Assembly (NCBI GenBank): GCA_020723105.1
Contig: DYJL01000015.1
Span: 2,029 to 66,028, forward strand
Direction: 5' to 3'
Source of the DNA: Nitrospira japonica
Lineage (GTDB): Bacteria; Nitrospirota; Thermodesulfovibrionia; UBA6902
Length of the DNA: 64,000 bases
The notes under the pieces were generated by a model, which ran no database searches, was not told the origin of the DNA, and worked only from the letters and a program-made list of their open reading frames with translations. Shown here piece after piece: positions 18,626 through 29,105 of the stretch (the first letter of the stretch is position 1; every line of letters starts with the position of its first letter). Position numbers and translations under genes: made by a program.

Positions 18626-20173
18626 ATGCAAACAGGGAAAGTCTACATAGTCGGCGCAGGGCCGGGAGATATCAGCCTTCTTACAATAAAGGGTCTTAAA
18701 TGCCTGCAAAAGGCAGAGGTGGTCGTCTACGACTTCCATCTGAATGCACAGGTCCTGAATTATATAAGGCATGATGCTGAATTCATCTATGCCGGCAAGC
18801 GTGGCGGCCAGCATACAATGACTCAGGATGAGATAAACAGGACCCTTGTTGAAAAGGCAAAAGAGGGGAAAATAATATGCAGATTAAAGGGCGGCGACCC
18901 GTTTGTATTCGGCAGAGGCGGTGAAGAAGCCGAAATCCTGGCAAAAGAGCATATTGAGTTTGAGGTGGTCCCCGGCGTAAGTTCTGCGGTTGCTGCGCCT
19001 GCATATGCTGGAATTCCACTTACACACAGACTTTATTCATCTTCATTGGCAATTGTCCCAGGTTATGAAGATGCAGATAAAAAAGAAAGTTCCATTGACT
19101 GGGGCAGGCTTGCAACAGGCGTAGGGACCATTGTATTTCTTATGGCCGTAAAAAATATTTCTTTTGTCTGTCAGAAACTGATTGAAAACGGCAGAAACCC
19201 GGAAACCCCGGTTGCAGTAATACGCTGGGGCACCAGGGCTGACCAGACCACCCTCGTAAGCAATCTGGAGAATATTTCCTCTGTAGTGAAAGAAAACGAG
19301 ATCAAACCGCCTGCAGTTATGGTTGTAGGCGACGTGGTAAAACTCAGAGAAACATTAAAATGGTATGAGAAGAAACCGCTCTTTGGTCAGCGCATCCTTA
19401 TTACGAGAGAACACTCAGCAGGTTTTGAGCAACTGGAAGAAATGGGCGCAGAGATAATTGAATTCCACACAATAGAAATAGTGCCGCCTGAAAACTGGTC
19501 GGAACTTGATAAAACGATAGATAAGATTGAATCCTACAACTGGCTGATACTCACAAGCACAAACGGCGTGAAATTCTTTTTCCAGAGATTGTTTGAAAGA
19601 GACCGGGACATCCGTGATCTGAAAGGGATAAAAATATGCGCAGTCGGTTCAAAGACTGAAGCAGCAATCAATAAATACGGCATAAAAGTAGATCTGATTC
19701 CCAGAGAATTTAATGCGGAAGGGCTGATTGAGGCGTTTGAGAAAGAGCACGGAACACAGAACACAAAACACAGACTCAAAGGACTAAAAATGCTTCTGCC
19801 GAGAGCTGAAACAGCAAGAGAACTATTCCCGCAGAAGGTACGTGAATTCGGCGGCGAGATTGACGTTGTCACTGCTTACAGAGCTGTGAAACCGGAAACC
19901 CACGGCAAGAGGATAAAACGGTTTTTGAAAGAGGGGAAAATCACCATAGCAACATTTACAAGCGCAGCGACTTTTAATAATTTTATGGAGATAGCAGGAG
20001 AGGACGCGGACGCCCTTCTCGAAGATGTTACAATTGCAGTAATTGGCACGGTCACTGCAAAGGCTATTGAGAAAGCAGGCCTGAAAGTCAGCATCATGCC
20101 AAAAGAGGCGACCATCGAAGCGATGGTGAATGAGATAATAAAATGGGCGACAAAAAAACAGGGGCCGGTGTAA
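18626..20173 (+). CDS. cobA: fused uroporphyrinogen-III C-methyltransferase / uroporphyrinogen-III synthase
   Basis: N-terminal VGAGPGD ... GGDPFVFGRGGEE ... PGVSS SAM-methyltransferase half. C-terminal ~250-aa HemD-like half. Confidence 0.85.
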   Translation: MQTGKVYIVGAGPGDISLLTIKGLKCLQKAEVVVYDFHLNAQVLNYIRHDAEFIYAGKRGGQHTMTQDEINRTLVEKAKEGKIICRLKGGDPFVFGRGGEEAEILAKEHIEFEVVPGVSSAVAAPAYAGIPLTHRLYSSSLAIVPGYEDADKKESSIDWGRLATGVGTIVFLMAVKNISFVCQKLIENGRNPETPVAVIRWGTRADQTTLVSNLENISSVVKENEIKPPAVMVVGDVVKLRETLKWYEKKPLFGQRILITREHSAGFEQLEEMGAEIIEFHTIEIVPPENWSELDKTIDKIESYNWLILTSTNGVKFFFQRLFERDRDIRDLKGIKICAVGSKTEAAINKYGIKVDLIPREFNAEGLIEAFEKEHGTQNTKHRLKGLKMLLPRAETARELFPQKVREFGGEIDVVTAYRAVKPETHGKRIKRFLKEGKITIATFTSAATFNNFMEIAGEDADALLEDVTIAVIGTVTAKAIEKAGLKVSIMPKEATIEAMVNEIIKWATKKQGPV

Positions 20174-20195
20174 AATCTGCCCCTGCATCTATAAC

Positions 20196-22295
20196 ATGAT
20201 TCCTCAAAATATCCATCATAAAGATTCCATTCTTACTTTCCTCAAAACCAAAACAGACAGGCCCTGCAGCCTTAAAGAGATTGCAAAGACGCTTCATATT
20301 CCAAAGACCGAGTCCCGCTCTTTAAAGAGAACTCTGAAATCACTGATAAGCTCTGGTGACGTTTACAAAACCAGAACTGGTTTCTACGGGCTGATTGAAA
20401 AGATGAATCTCTTTACCGGGTTCTTTGAGGCGCACCGGGACGGCTTTGGTTTTGTGCTTGCAGAGAAACAGGGGGAACGCGACCTTTTTATCCCGGCACG
20501 CAAGACACTGGGAGCCATGTCAGGGGACCGTGTTGTAGCACGTGTTGAAAGTCAGGCCAAACGGGACGGCAGCATAATTAAAATTCTTGAACGGGCGCAG
20601 AAAAAAATCATCGGGCATTTGTATCAGGAGAAAAACTTTTTTTATGTGAAACCTAAAAACAGAAAAATCCCTTTTGGCATCCTCATTGCCCCGCGTGACC
20701 GCTCCGGCGCAAAGCATGGCGACATGGTAGCCGTGGAGATAACTTCTTATCCTGCACTGACAAAACCCCCTGAGGGCAAAGTCCTGAAAATCCTTTCGGC
20801 AATCACAGAGCCTCTCGATGAGATAGGCATGATTATTGAAGAGCATTCACTTCCTCTGAAATTTCCCTCTGTCGTTATCTCTGAGGTAAAGGAGTTACAG
20901 GAAAAGATCCCTTTACGTGGAAGAGTTGACTGCCGTAATCTTTTGACCGTCACCATTGACGGCGAAACTGCGAAGGATTACGACGACGCCGTGTCAATCA
21001 GAAAAATAGACAGTGGATATATTCTTTACGTGCATATTGCGGACGTGAGCCATTATGTGCAGTGGAATTCTCCCCTCGATCTGGAGGCCAGGCGCCGGGG
21101 TACCAGCGTGTATTTTCCGGGAAGTGTAATCCCCATGCTCCCCCACGAACTCTCTGACAATCTGTGCAGCCTTTTGCCCCGGAAGGACCGGCTGACTTTC
21201 ACCGTTGAGATGGAATTCGACAGAAAAGGAGAGCTGATCAGAAAAGACTTTTATCCAAGCATTATTCACAGCAACGAGAGGATGACCTATACTTCGGTCA
21301 AAAAAATTCTTGCCGACAGAGACCCGGCTGAAAGACACCGGTATAATTATCTTATTGACAGCTTTGAGAAGATGGAAGAACTCAGTAATATCCTGAGGGA
21401 GCAAAGGGTCCGGCGCGGCAGCCTCGATTTCGATTTGCCGGAACCAGAAGTCCTGCTGGACCTGCGGGGAAGGCCTGAGGCCATTGTCAGGGCCGAGCGC
21501 AACCTCGCACATATGATGATTGAAGATTTCATGATAGCTGCAAATGAGGCCGTAGCATCTTATCTGGAAAAATCAGGCGGGCCCTCGCTTTACAGAGTTC
21601 ACGAAAAACCAGACCCTTCAAAACTGGACGAGCTGAAACCCATTTTCAATGCACTCGGATTTCAGGTTAGAAAAACCGGCGCGGCGATCTTTCAATCCGT
21701 CCTGAAAAAAACCAAGGGCTCCGCAGAAGAATCTTTTCTGAATATTATCCTCCTGCGCTCTTTAAAGCAGGCAAAATATTCACCTGAAAACATAGGGCAC
21801 TTCGGGCTTGCTTCAACCTGCTACACGCATTTTACCTCACCTATTCGCCGTTATCCGGATCTTGTAGTCCACAGGATTCTCAAGGAATCCCTGGGGAAAA
21901 ACAGGCTGACAAAAAAAACGCTTCAATATCTCGAAGAGACCCTGCCGGAAATAGCCGCTCATTCTTCGAAGACAGAGAGAACTGCTGACGAGGTCGAACG
22001 GGAAATTGTCAGCGCAATGCGGGTATGGTTTATGAAAGATAAAGTAGGCGATGAATATGCAGGCCTTGTAACCAATGTCACCTCTCACGGACTGAAGATA
22101 CAACTGAAAGAGTTCTTTGTGGAGGGGTTCCTGCATGTCTCCTCAATGGCAGACGACTATTACTGGTTTGACGAGAAGCGGTATTGCCTTATCGGCAGAC
22201 GCAAAAAGAAAGCCTTTACCATCGGCAAAGAGATAAACGTGCGGATAGAGCGTGTTGATATTGAAGAAAGGGAGATTGTATTAGGACTGGTTTAG
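20196..22295 (+). CDS. rnr: ribonuclease R
   Basis: RNB catalytic domain (IDGETAKDYDDA, HFGL...YTHFTSPIRRYPDL). N-terminal HTH/CSD and C-terminal S1 domain. Confidence 0.9.
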   Translation: MIPQNIHHKDSILTFLKTKTDRPCSLKEIAKTLHIPKTESRSLKRTLKSLISSGDVYKTRTGFYGLIEKMNLFTGFFEAHRDGFGFVLAEKQGERDLFIPARKTLGAMSGDRVVARVESQAKRDGSIIKILERAQKKIIGHLYQEKNFFYVKPKNRKIPFGILIAPRDRSGAKHGDMVAVEITSYPALTKPPEGKVLKILSAITEPLDEIGMIIEEHSLPLKFPSVVISEVKELQEKIPLRGRVDCRNLLTVTIDGETAKDYDDAVSIRKIDSGYILYVHIADVSHYVQWNSPLDLEARRRGTSVYFPGSVIPMLPHELSDNLCSLLPRKDRLTFTVEMEFDRKGELIRKDFYPSIIHSNERMTYTSVKKILADRDPAERHRYNYLIDSFEKMEELSNILREQRVRRGSLDFDLPEPEVLLDLRGRPEAIVRAERNLAHMMIEDFMIAANEAVASYLEKSGGPSLYRVHEKPDPSKLDELKPIFNALGFQVRKTGAAIFQSVLKKTKGSAEESFLNIILLRSLKQAKYSPENIGHFGLASTCYTHFTSPIRRYPDLVVHRILKESLGKNRLTKKTLQYLEETLPEIAAHSSKTERTADEVEREIVSAMRVWFMKDKVGDEYAGLVTNVTSHGLKIQLKEFFVEGFLHVSSMADDYYWFDEKRYCLIGRRKKKAFTIGKEINVRIERVDIEEREIVLGLV

Positions 22296-24136
22296 AGAAG
22301 GCCCGGAACAAACCACCATTTCACCGTCTTCTTATATTCCAGATAGGCAGCATCTCTTGATAAATGCCTTTCCTCGGTCCAGGCCCTGAGGGCGTAAATC
22401 AAAGAAAATCCAATCAGTATTCCCAGTCCGAACTGCGAAAAGAACACGCCTTGAATTACCCATATCAACACCTTTGCAGTATATGCAGGATGCCTTGTAA
22501 AACGGTAGGGCCCTGATTTTATAATCCCTCTGTTTGTAAGATTGGAGGCCTTAAATCCCAGAGCAACTGAGGCCCACGCAAACAAGCCCCACAGGAGAGT
22601 TATTGCACAGGTCATCGCAATATGAAGGCCCTGAGGAGAGTTTATTGAGATATTGATAATCGGATAATCAAAGGGTCTGAAAGAGAATACGTTAAACGGC
22701 GGATAACACCAGAGGCATACGAGCCAGCCTAAAAATGTTGGCTCTACGGATTTTATCTCGCTCTTCAGGAACCTTGATTCAATCAGATAACCAACTGTAA
22801 ATATCACGGTGTCTGTCAGTATAAATACATCTACAAGGAAGTAATTCAGTGTGTAGAGATTCCACAGTGGGGGCGAATTAAACAGATTGCTTATATGAAT
22901 AATATTGCTTATGGACCACGAAACCATGAGCGGCACAAAAAAAAGCTTCACAAAAATAGTCAGCATTCCTAATTTGCAATGACTGTTCCAATAAATCTTT
23001 CTTTTGACAAATATAGATGGCAAAGAGTAAAGGGTCTTCAGAAAAGATACATATTTATCATCGCCCAACGGTTCTTTTTTATTGAGCCAGTAAAAATATG
23101 GGAACATCAGCAAAAGCAAGGCGATAAAAAATATATCGGCAAAGTAATTAAAAAAATTATGGAAATTGCTCCCGCGAAGATTGTCTGAGGCAACCTTGAT
23201 GAAAGAAGCGTAAATCTTCCAATCAATAAGTTTCTGAGAAAAGGTAAGCCACGAGTCTAAATTTTTAAGCACATAATAAGATATGGCGATAAAAAACATC
23301 CGGCTTGAGTATTTGGCAAGAGTTACAGGAAAATGACTTTCCGCGTCTTTCCTCCTCAGGATAAACAGAGAAACAAGCATGAAGAATGATGACAGGGCCA
23401 GCAAGATGCCGGATGAAATCCTGCCTTTATTAGATTGAGACGGGATAGCCGGAACGACTGTGAGTCTGCCGCTGCATATGCCTGTTCTATGTTTTCCCTC
23501 GCTCACATCTTCAGAAACAGCAAAAACAGGATAGGTATTTCTAAAACCCGTAACCCTGCTTCTTACATGAAAAACCGTATGATCCTTAGATGTTAAAGCT
23601 GACACGTTGTCTATTTCCTCCGGGACTATCAATCTCCAGCGTTCGGGATTTCCTGCCTTAAGAATAATATCACCATTTCCATCAATCACTGAATCTTCAA
23701 TATAGCATGATGTATCAGAGAGCAAAGCCTCACCAAAATTAAACAGCCCTGCATGCCTTAGAGATAACACCTGTCCGTCATTTAAGTACCTGACAGTTAT
23801 GATGAGCGGATAACTCCCATGCAGTGAAGGGAATGTCACTGTAAAGTTAAAATTTCTTTTATTGTATGACTGAATTATCTCCTTTGAAGGGTGCTCATAC
23901 TTCTGTCTGTCAAGCTCAATATAGACGGAGTCAATTACAACATTCTGAGTGGAATTATTCTCAACGGTTATACTGACAAGATCCCCCTTGCCTTGCTGGT
24001 ACAATACCAGATTTACGTCTGAGGCAAGGAGGGGGTTGGATAAGAAAAGAAGGGCCGGGATTAAAAAGACTGCAGCCGCTAAAAGATATATTTTTGTTCC
24101 AGTTTTGCTGGAGTCATTTAGCTTCCCCCTATGCAT
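22292..24136 (-). CDS. membrane protein: N-terminal exported domain + polytopic region + C-terminal ICMT/PEMT-like methyltransferase domain
   Basis: Signal/anchor helix, then a ~230-aa soluble region, then about 8 or more TM helices. The C-terminus GPYRFTRHPAYTAKVL...TEERHLSRDAAYLEYKKTV resembles isoprenylcysteine carboxyl / phospholipid methyltransferases. Confidence 0.55.
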   Translation of the reverse strand: MHRGKLNDSSKTGTKIYLLAAAVFLIPALLFLSNPLLASDVNLVLYQQGKGDLVSITVENNSTQNVVIDSVYIELDRQKYEHPSKEIIQSYNKRNFNFTVTFPSLHGSYPLIITVRYLNDGQVLSLRHAGLFNFGEALLSDTSCYIEDSVIDGNGDIILKAGNPERWRLIVPEEIDNVSALTSKDHTVFHVRSRVTGFRNTYPVFAVSEDVSEGKHRTGICSGRLTVVPAIPSQSNKGRISSGILLALSSFFMLVSLFILRRKDAESHFPVTLAKYSSRMFFIAISYYVLKNLDSWLTFSQKLIDWKIYASFIKVASDNLRGSNFHNFFNYFADIFFIALLLLMFPYFYWLNKKEPLGDDKYVSFLKTLYSLPSIFVKRKIYWNSHCKLGMLTIFVKLFFVPLMVSWSISNIIHISNLFNSPPLWNLYTLNYFLVDVFILTDTVIFTVGYLIESRFLKSEIKSVEPTFLGWLVCLWCYPPFNVFSFRPFDYPIINISINSPQGLHIAMTCAITLLWGLFAWASVALGFKASNLTNRGIIKSGPYRFTRHPAYTAKVLIWVIQGVFFSQFGLGILIGFSLIYALRAWTEERHLSRDAAYLEYKKTVKWWFVPGLL

Positions 24137-24262
24137 GAGCTTAATCCTGCTGTTAAGATAGCAAAACTGCTACTGGTTGTCAAAAAATCAAGACCTCGGT
24201 CTCCTTTTATTGATCAAAAAAGGTATTATATACATATCCAAGATTAAAGAAGGAGCCATGAA

Positions 24263-25000
24263 ATGAAAAAATTCTTGTTGTTATTTGTTGCAATATCAAT
24301 TTTGGTTGTGTCAGGTTTCATCAACACCACACTTGCCAGCCCGCAAAAGGCTGCAAATGAATCATCTCAAATGAATCAGGATATGTCTTCTCTTTCAGGC
24401 AAGGTCGTGGAATCCATGGACAGTGGCGGTTACACGTATGTCAATATAGAGAAAGCCGGCAAGAAAACATGGGTGGCTGTTCCTCAAACGAAGGTTACAG
24501 TAGGACAGGATATATCCTTTAAGCCCGGGATGGTCATGAACAATTTCCTGAGCAAGACTCTTAACAGGACGTTTGAAGCTATAGTCTTTTCAGGCGGCGT
24601 TTCAGGCTCCCGCGGGACAGAATCTGTCAGTGCATCATCGGATCATACCCCGCCAAAAGTTTCCACGGGCAAGGCAGTCAAAGTTGAGAAGGCCTCCGGG
24701 CCTGATGCACACACTGTTGCAGAACTTTACGAAAAAAGCGCCGCGCTTGACAAGAAAGTTGTGGTTATCAAAGGCCAGGTTGTTAAGTTCTCACCCGATA
24801 TCATGGGAAAAAACTGGATACATATCCAGGATGGAAGCGGCGACCCTTCAAAGGGCACCAATGATATTTTGGTTACAACACAAGACACTGCTAAACCCGG
24901 GGATATTGTAACAGTGAAAGGGACCCTGTCTAAAGACAAGGACTTCGGCAGCGGCTACAAATATGCCGTGATTGTGGAAGATGCAAGCATAAAAAAATAA
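24263..25000 (+). CDS. secreted hypothetical protein with two OB-like halves
   Basis: Signal peptide with an AGGAG RBS. Contains two beta-rich halves beginning GKVVE... and KGQVVK..., but these do not show clear sequence repetition. No family assigned. Confidence 0.5.
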   Translation: MKKFLLLFVAISILVVSGFINTTLASPQKAANESSQMNQDMSSLSGKVVESMDSGGYTYVNIEKAGKKTWVAVPQTKVTVGQDISFKPGMVMNNFLSKTLNRTFEAIVFSGGVSGSRGTESVSASSDHTPPKVSTGKAVKVEKASGPDAHTVAELYEKSAALDKKVVVIKGQVVKFSPDIMGKNWIHIQDGSGDPSKGTNDILVTTQDTAKPGDIVTVKGTLSKDKDFGSGYKYAVIVEDASIKK

Positions 25001-25026
25001 TATCCATAACATAGAAAGAAGACAGA

Positions 25027-26094
25027 ATGAACAAAAATTTACCTGCATTACGAATCGGTGATCTGACAATTAATCCTCCCATTATACAGGGTGGGATGGG
25101 GGTGAGGGTATCGCGCTCCGGACTTGCTGCGGCTGTTGCCAATGAAGGATGCGTGGGCGTAATCGCCGGGGTCGGTTTGGGAAAGTTTGAAGACATGCCC
25201 CGCTCTGAATTTGAAGCAGTCAATAATGAGGCCTTACGGGTTGAAATAAGAAAAGCCAGGAGTATGAGCAAAGGCATAATCGGAGTTAACCTGATGGTAG
25301 CCCTTTCCAACTATGAATCTCTCACAAGAACCGCTGCGGAAGAAAATATTGATTTGATTATATCAGGAGCAGGGCTTCCTCTTGAGCTTCCTAAATTTGT
25401 GGAGAAAAAAAATATTAAACTGATACCGGTGGTGTCATCGGTAAGGGCCTTGAAAATCATCTGTGATAAATGGAAAAGGAACTTCCACAGACTCCCGGAT
25501 GCTATAATAGTTGAAGGAAGCAAGGCGGGTGGTCATATCGGATATGATTTTCAGGACGTTGTTGAAGGAAAGGCCCCCTCCCTTGATGAATTAATCATTG
25601 AAATATTGAAATTTGTAAAAACGTTTGATCCGGAGATTCCGGTAATTGCCGCCGGAGGAATTTTTGACGGCAAAGACATCGCGCATTTCCTTAAATTAGG
25701 CGCTTCAGGCGTACAAATGGGGACCCGTTTTGTTTGTACAGATGAATGTGATGTTCACAAAAATTTTAAAAAGGCATACATTAATGCTCGTAAAGAAGAC
25801 CTTATACTTATCAAGAGTCCTGTTGGCATGCCAGGCCGGGTAATCAAGAGCAAGTTTGTAGAGGACATAAAGAAAGGCAAGACTGTGCCAACTTCGTGCA
25901 AATATCGCTGCTTAAAAACCTGCGATCCAAAAACCACTCCTTACTGTATTGCCAAGGCCCTGACCAATGCGGCAGAAGGCAATCTTGATGAAGGTTTTGT
26001 GTTTGCCGGATCCAATGCATACAGATGCACTGAAATTGTCCCTGTCAAAAAGCTGATTAACGAACTCGTCTCAGAGGCAGAAAAATATTTATAG
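25027..26094 (+). CDS. nitronate monooxygenase family FMN oxidoreductase (FabK-like)
   Basis: IIQGGMGVRVS and AAGGIFDG motifs of the NMO/2-nitropropane dioxygenase/FabK family. Confidence 0.8.
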   Translation: MNKNLPALRIGDLTINPPIIQGGMGVRVSRSGLAAAVANEGCVGVIAGVGLGKFEDMPRSEFEAVNNEALRVEIRKARSMSKGIIGVNLMVALSNYESLTRTAAEENIDLIISGAGLPLELPKFVEKKNIKLIPVVSSVRALKIICDKWKRNFHRLPDAIIVEGSKAGGHIGYDFQDVVEGKAPSLDELIIEILKFVKTFDPEIPVIAAGGIFDGKDIAHFLKLGASGVQMGTRFVCTDECDVHKNFKKAYINARKEDLILIKSPVGMPGRVIKSKFVEDIKKGKTVPTSCKYRCLKTCDPKTTPYCIAKALTNAAEGNLDEGFVFAGSNAYRCTEIVPVKKLINELVSEAEKYL

Positions 26095-26123
26095 GTATTC
26101 CTTCTTACACTCTCTATAAATTT

Positions 26124-26259
26124 AGAGGAGGCATGAGAAAAAACATATTGCGCGATACCTTAGCGGACATAGAGAAGACACCCTCTGTAAATTTAAGATT
26201 CAAAATTCAATATTCAAGATCTTATCGCTTTAAAGATGTTTTTTCTCCTTGTCTCCTCT
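26124..26259. repeat. long-hairpin repeat, copy A
   Basis: Aligns with 48821-48960 and 51638-51783. Arms are agaggaggcatgaga... / ...ctccttgtctcctct. The right arm overlaps the uvrA 3' end. Confidence 0.75.
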
Positions 26260-29016
26260 AATGTAAATTTTTTCGGATACTCCAGGCTTCAAATATAAAC
26301 CTGTATACGATTTTGCTTGAAGAATGATTTCCTCAGGAGGTCCTTCAGCAACGATATATCCGCCTTCATCGCCGCCTTCAGGGCCCATATCTATAATCCA
26401 GTCCGCACACCTTATGACATCAATATTATGCTCAACCAGAAGGACCGTATTGCCAGCCCTGACAAGATAATTGAGCACCTTAAGCAACTTTCTAATATCA
26501 TCCTGATGGAGTCCCACCGTAGGCTCATCCAGGATGTAAAGATAATCCCTTCTGTTTAGAACACCGAGCTCTGCGCAAATCTTCAGACGCTGGGCCTCAC
26601 CGCCTGACAGTGTTGTAGCAGGCTGGCCGAGTTTGAGATATCCAAGCCCCACAGAAGCCATTAATTTCAGCTTATTCACCAGGAAAGAAGCGTTTTTAAA
26701 AAATTCAATTGCCTCGTCAACGGTAAGTTCAAGGACTTCGTGAATGTTTTTCCCGTTATAACTTATGGACAGAACATCCGGTTTATATCTTCTGCCGTCA
26801 CATTTCTCACATTTAACATATAAATCCTCAAAGAAATACATTTCAAGCCGATGAGATCCGACTCCCTGACAGGCCTCGCAACGGCCGCCTGAGGTGTTGA
26901 ATGAAAAGTGGCCTGGCGTATATCCAGAGATTTTAGATTGATGTTGATCTGCAAAAATTTTTCGTATTTGATCAAAGGCCTTTATGTATGTTACAGGATT
27001 AGAACGCGGGCTTTTGCCGATAGGGTTCTGGTTTATTATTTTGACGCCCTTGAGATATTCCATTCCCGTCATACTGTCATAAGGCTGGGATGTTTTAAAT
27101 TCTGTTTTAAAAAAAAGAGACAACGCCCTGTAGAGTGTGTCCTCTACAAGCGTACTTTTCCCTGAGCCTGAGACGCCTGTTATACAGGTCAGAGTTTGAA
27201 GCGGTATGGTTATATCTATGTTCTTTAGATTATTCCCTCTGGCGCCCTTTATGGTAAGTTTCCTCCCTCTGCCCGGCTTTCTGATCTTTAGGGCCGGAAT
27301 TGATTCAATATTCTTCAGGTAATTTGCCGTGAGTGTATCTGTTTTAAGGAAGTCTTCTTTACAACCCGAAAAAAGCAGCATGCCGCCTTTATCCCCTCCG
27401 CCAGGGCCCAGTTCAACAATCCAGTCCGATGAATTAATGACAGCCCTATCGTGCTCTACTGCAATAACAGTATTTCCGGCAGCAGCCAGTTCTTTCAATA
27501 TTTCAGCAATCCGGCCCACATCTCTTGGATGAAGGCCTACCGTGGGCTCATCCAGGACATAGAGGGTCCCTGTGAGCCTGGAGGCAAGCTGATTGGCAAG
27601 ATTTATTCTCTGCGCTTCACCGCCTGAAAGGGTCTTTGCTTCTCTGTTTAATGTGAGATATCCTATGCCAACCCGCATCAAAAAGCTTAACTTCAGATTA
27701 ATCTGTCTGAGTATTTCAGATGATATTTCCCGCTCGTATTCTGTAAAGACCGGCGCAGAGAAATAGTCGTTCAACTGTGTGAGGGACATATCCGTAAGCT
27801 GTGCAATATTAAACCCTCCAACTGTAAATGCAAGCGCCTCAGGACGCAGCCTGTTCCCCTGACAATCTCTGCATGGTGATGCCTTTCTGTATCTGCTCAA
27901 AAATACACGCACATGAAGCTTATACCGCTTGCCTTCAAGCTCCCTGAAAAAATCATTCAAACCATAAAAATCGGAAGCGCCCTGAAATATCAGTTCTTTT
28001 TCTTCCTTTGAAAGTTCCCTGTACGCAATACCAAGTTTGATCCTGTGCAGTTTTGCGACCTTTGCAAATTGCCTGTACCACCATTTATTTGACGGTTTGC
28101 TCCAGGGCTCTATTGCTCCCTGTTCAAGAGATAGATCTTTATCAGGAACAATACAGTCTTCCGAGTATTCAAGTATGTTGCCGAACCCATTGCAGACAGG
28201 GCAGGCCCCAAGCGGGTGGTTAAATGAAAAAAGGACCGGCTGTGGTTTCATGACTTCCAGATTGCAATCCGGACATTTTAATTCAGATTGAAAAAAGAGC
28301 AGTTCATTGTTCTCCGCTAACTCAGCCACAATCTTTATCTTTACACTTTTATTGCCATGCTCCCATGCGGTCTCAATTGAGTCAGACAGACGTGACTCGT
28401 CTTTAATGACAAGCCTGTCGAGAAGCACAGTAAGTCTGGAATGTAGGGGCGATTCATCAATCACCCCTACAGATGAAATATTTCTGATCTCTCCGTTTAC
28501 CCATATTCTACTGAAGCCTTTTTGCCTCAGGCTCTGCAAAGATTCTTCAGTATCAAAGAGTATCATTGCTTTTTTGCCGGAATATTTTTCAATAAGTTCT
28601 TTTACAACTGACGACGTGGTCCATGATCTTAAAATACGTCCGCATTTGGGACAATGCGGTTGCGCAATCTTTGCATATAGAAGCCGGAGGTAATCGTAAA
28701 GCTCTGTTATAGTGCCGACAGTTGAACGGGAGGTTTTGACAGGATTGCGTTGTTCAAGGGCGATAGCAGGCCTGATATTACGAATTGCATCAACATCAGG
28801 CCGGTCGAGCTTCTCAAGAAAAAGTCTTGCGTATGTTGAAAGGGATTCTATAAACCTCCACTGCCCATCTGCAAAAATTGTGTCAAATGCAAGAGAGGAC
28901 TTGCCGGAGCCTGATACGCCAGTGATGGTAATAAATGTATTGTGCGGCAGGCAGAGACTTATATTCCTCAGGTTATTCTGCTTTGCGCCTTCAATTATGA
29001 GTTCATGCCTAGACAT
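26230..29016 (-). CDS. uvrA: excinuclease ABC subunit A
   Basis: Two ABC modules (GVSGSGKSSL twice, LSGGE signatures). Zinc-finger Cys pairs present. The 928-aa length is consistent with canonical UvrA. Confidence 0.9.
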   Translation of the reverse strand: MSRHELIIEGAKQNNLRNISLCLPHNTFITITGVSGSGKSSLAFDTIFADGQWRFIESLSTYARLFLEKLDRPDVDAIRNIRPAIALEQRNPVKTSRSTVGTITELYDYLRLLYAKIAQPHCPKCGRILRSWTTSSVVKELIEKYSGKKAMILFDTEESLQSLRQKGFSRIWVNGEIRNISSVGVIDESPLHSRLTVLLDRLVIKDESRLSDSIETAWEHGNKSVKIKIVAELAENNELLFFQSELKCPDCNLEVMKPQPVLFSFNHPLGACPVCNGFGNILEYSEDCIVPDKDLSLEQGAIEPWSKPSNKWWYRQFAKVAKLHRIKLGIAYRELSKEEKELIFQGASDFYGLNDFFRELEGKRYKLHVRVFLSRYRKASPCRDCQGNRLRPEALAFTVGGFNIAQLTDMSLTQLNDYFSAPVFTEYEREISSEILRQINLKLSFLMRVGIGYLTLNREAKTLSGGEAQRINLANQLASRLTGTLYVLDEPTVGLHPRDVGRIAEILKELAAAGNTVIAVEHDRAVINSSDWIVELGPGGGDKGGMLLFSGCKEDFLKTDTLTANYLKNIESIPALKIRKPGRGRKLTIKGARGNNLKNIDITIPLQTLTCITGVSGSGKSTLVEDTLYRALSLFFKTEFKTSQPYDSMTGMEYLKGVKIINQNPIGKSPRSNPVTYIKAFDQIRKIFADQHQSKISGYTPGHFSFNTSGGRCEACQGVGSHRLEMYFFEDLYVKCEKCDGRRYKPDVLSISYNGKNIHEVLELTVDEAIEFFKNASFLVNKLKLMASVGLGYLKLGQPATTLSGGEAQRLKICAELGVLNRRDYLYILDEPTVGLHQDDIRKLLKVLNYLVRAGNTVLLVEHNIDVIRCADWIIDMGPEGGDEGGYIVAEGPPEEIILQAKSYTGLYLKPGVSEKIYIRGDKEKKHL

Positions 29017-29105
29017 CCTGATAGTTTAACACATTGTAATATAGGAGCCGGCCTTACCGTTCCTGTTTCAGAAGGCTTGCTAATGTTTGAGCTTTTTTGC
29101 ATGAT

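Noticed and set aside
26133-26261. 42-codon ORF (MRKNILRDTLADIEK...) that starts after GGAGG inside hairpin-repeat copy A
   Set aside because: The equivalent frames in copies B and C stop after 15 and 12 codons, and substitutions between copies are not codon-like. A peptide is therefore not what is conserved.
26230-29016. UvrA next to the R-M island as a possible defence-associated UvrA paralogue
   Set aside because: Its length (928 aa), both ABC modules and the zinc-finger Cys pairs match canonical UvrA. Nothing in the sequence distinguishes it as a class II or defence paralogue.
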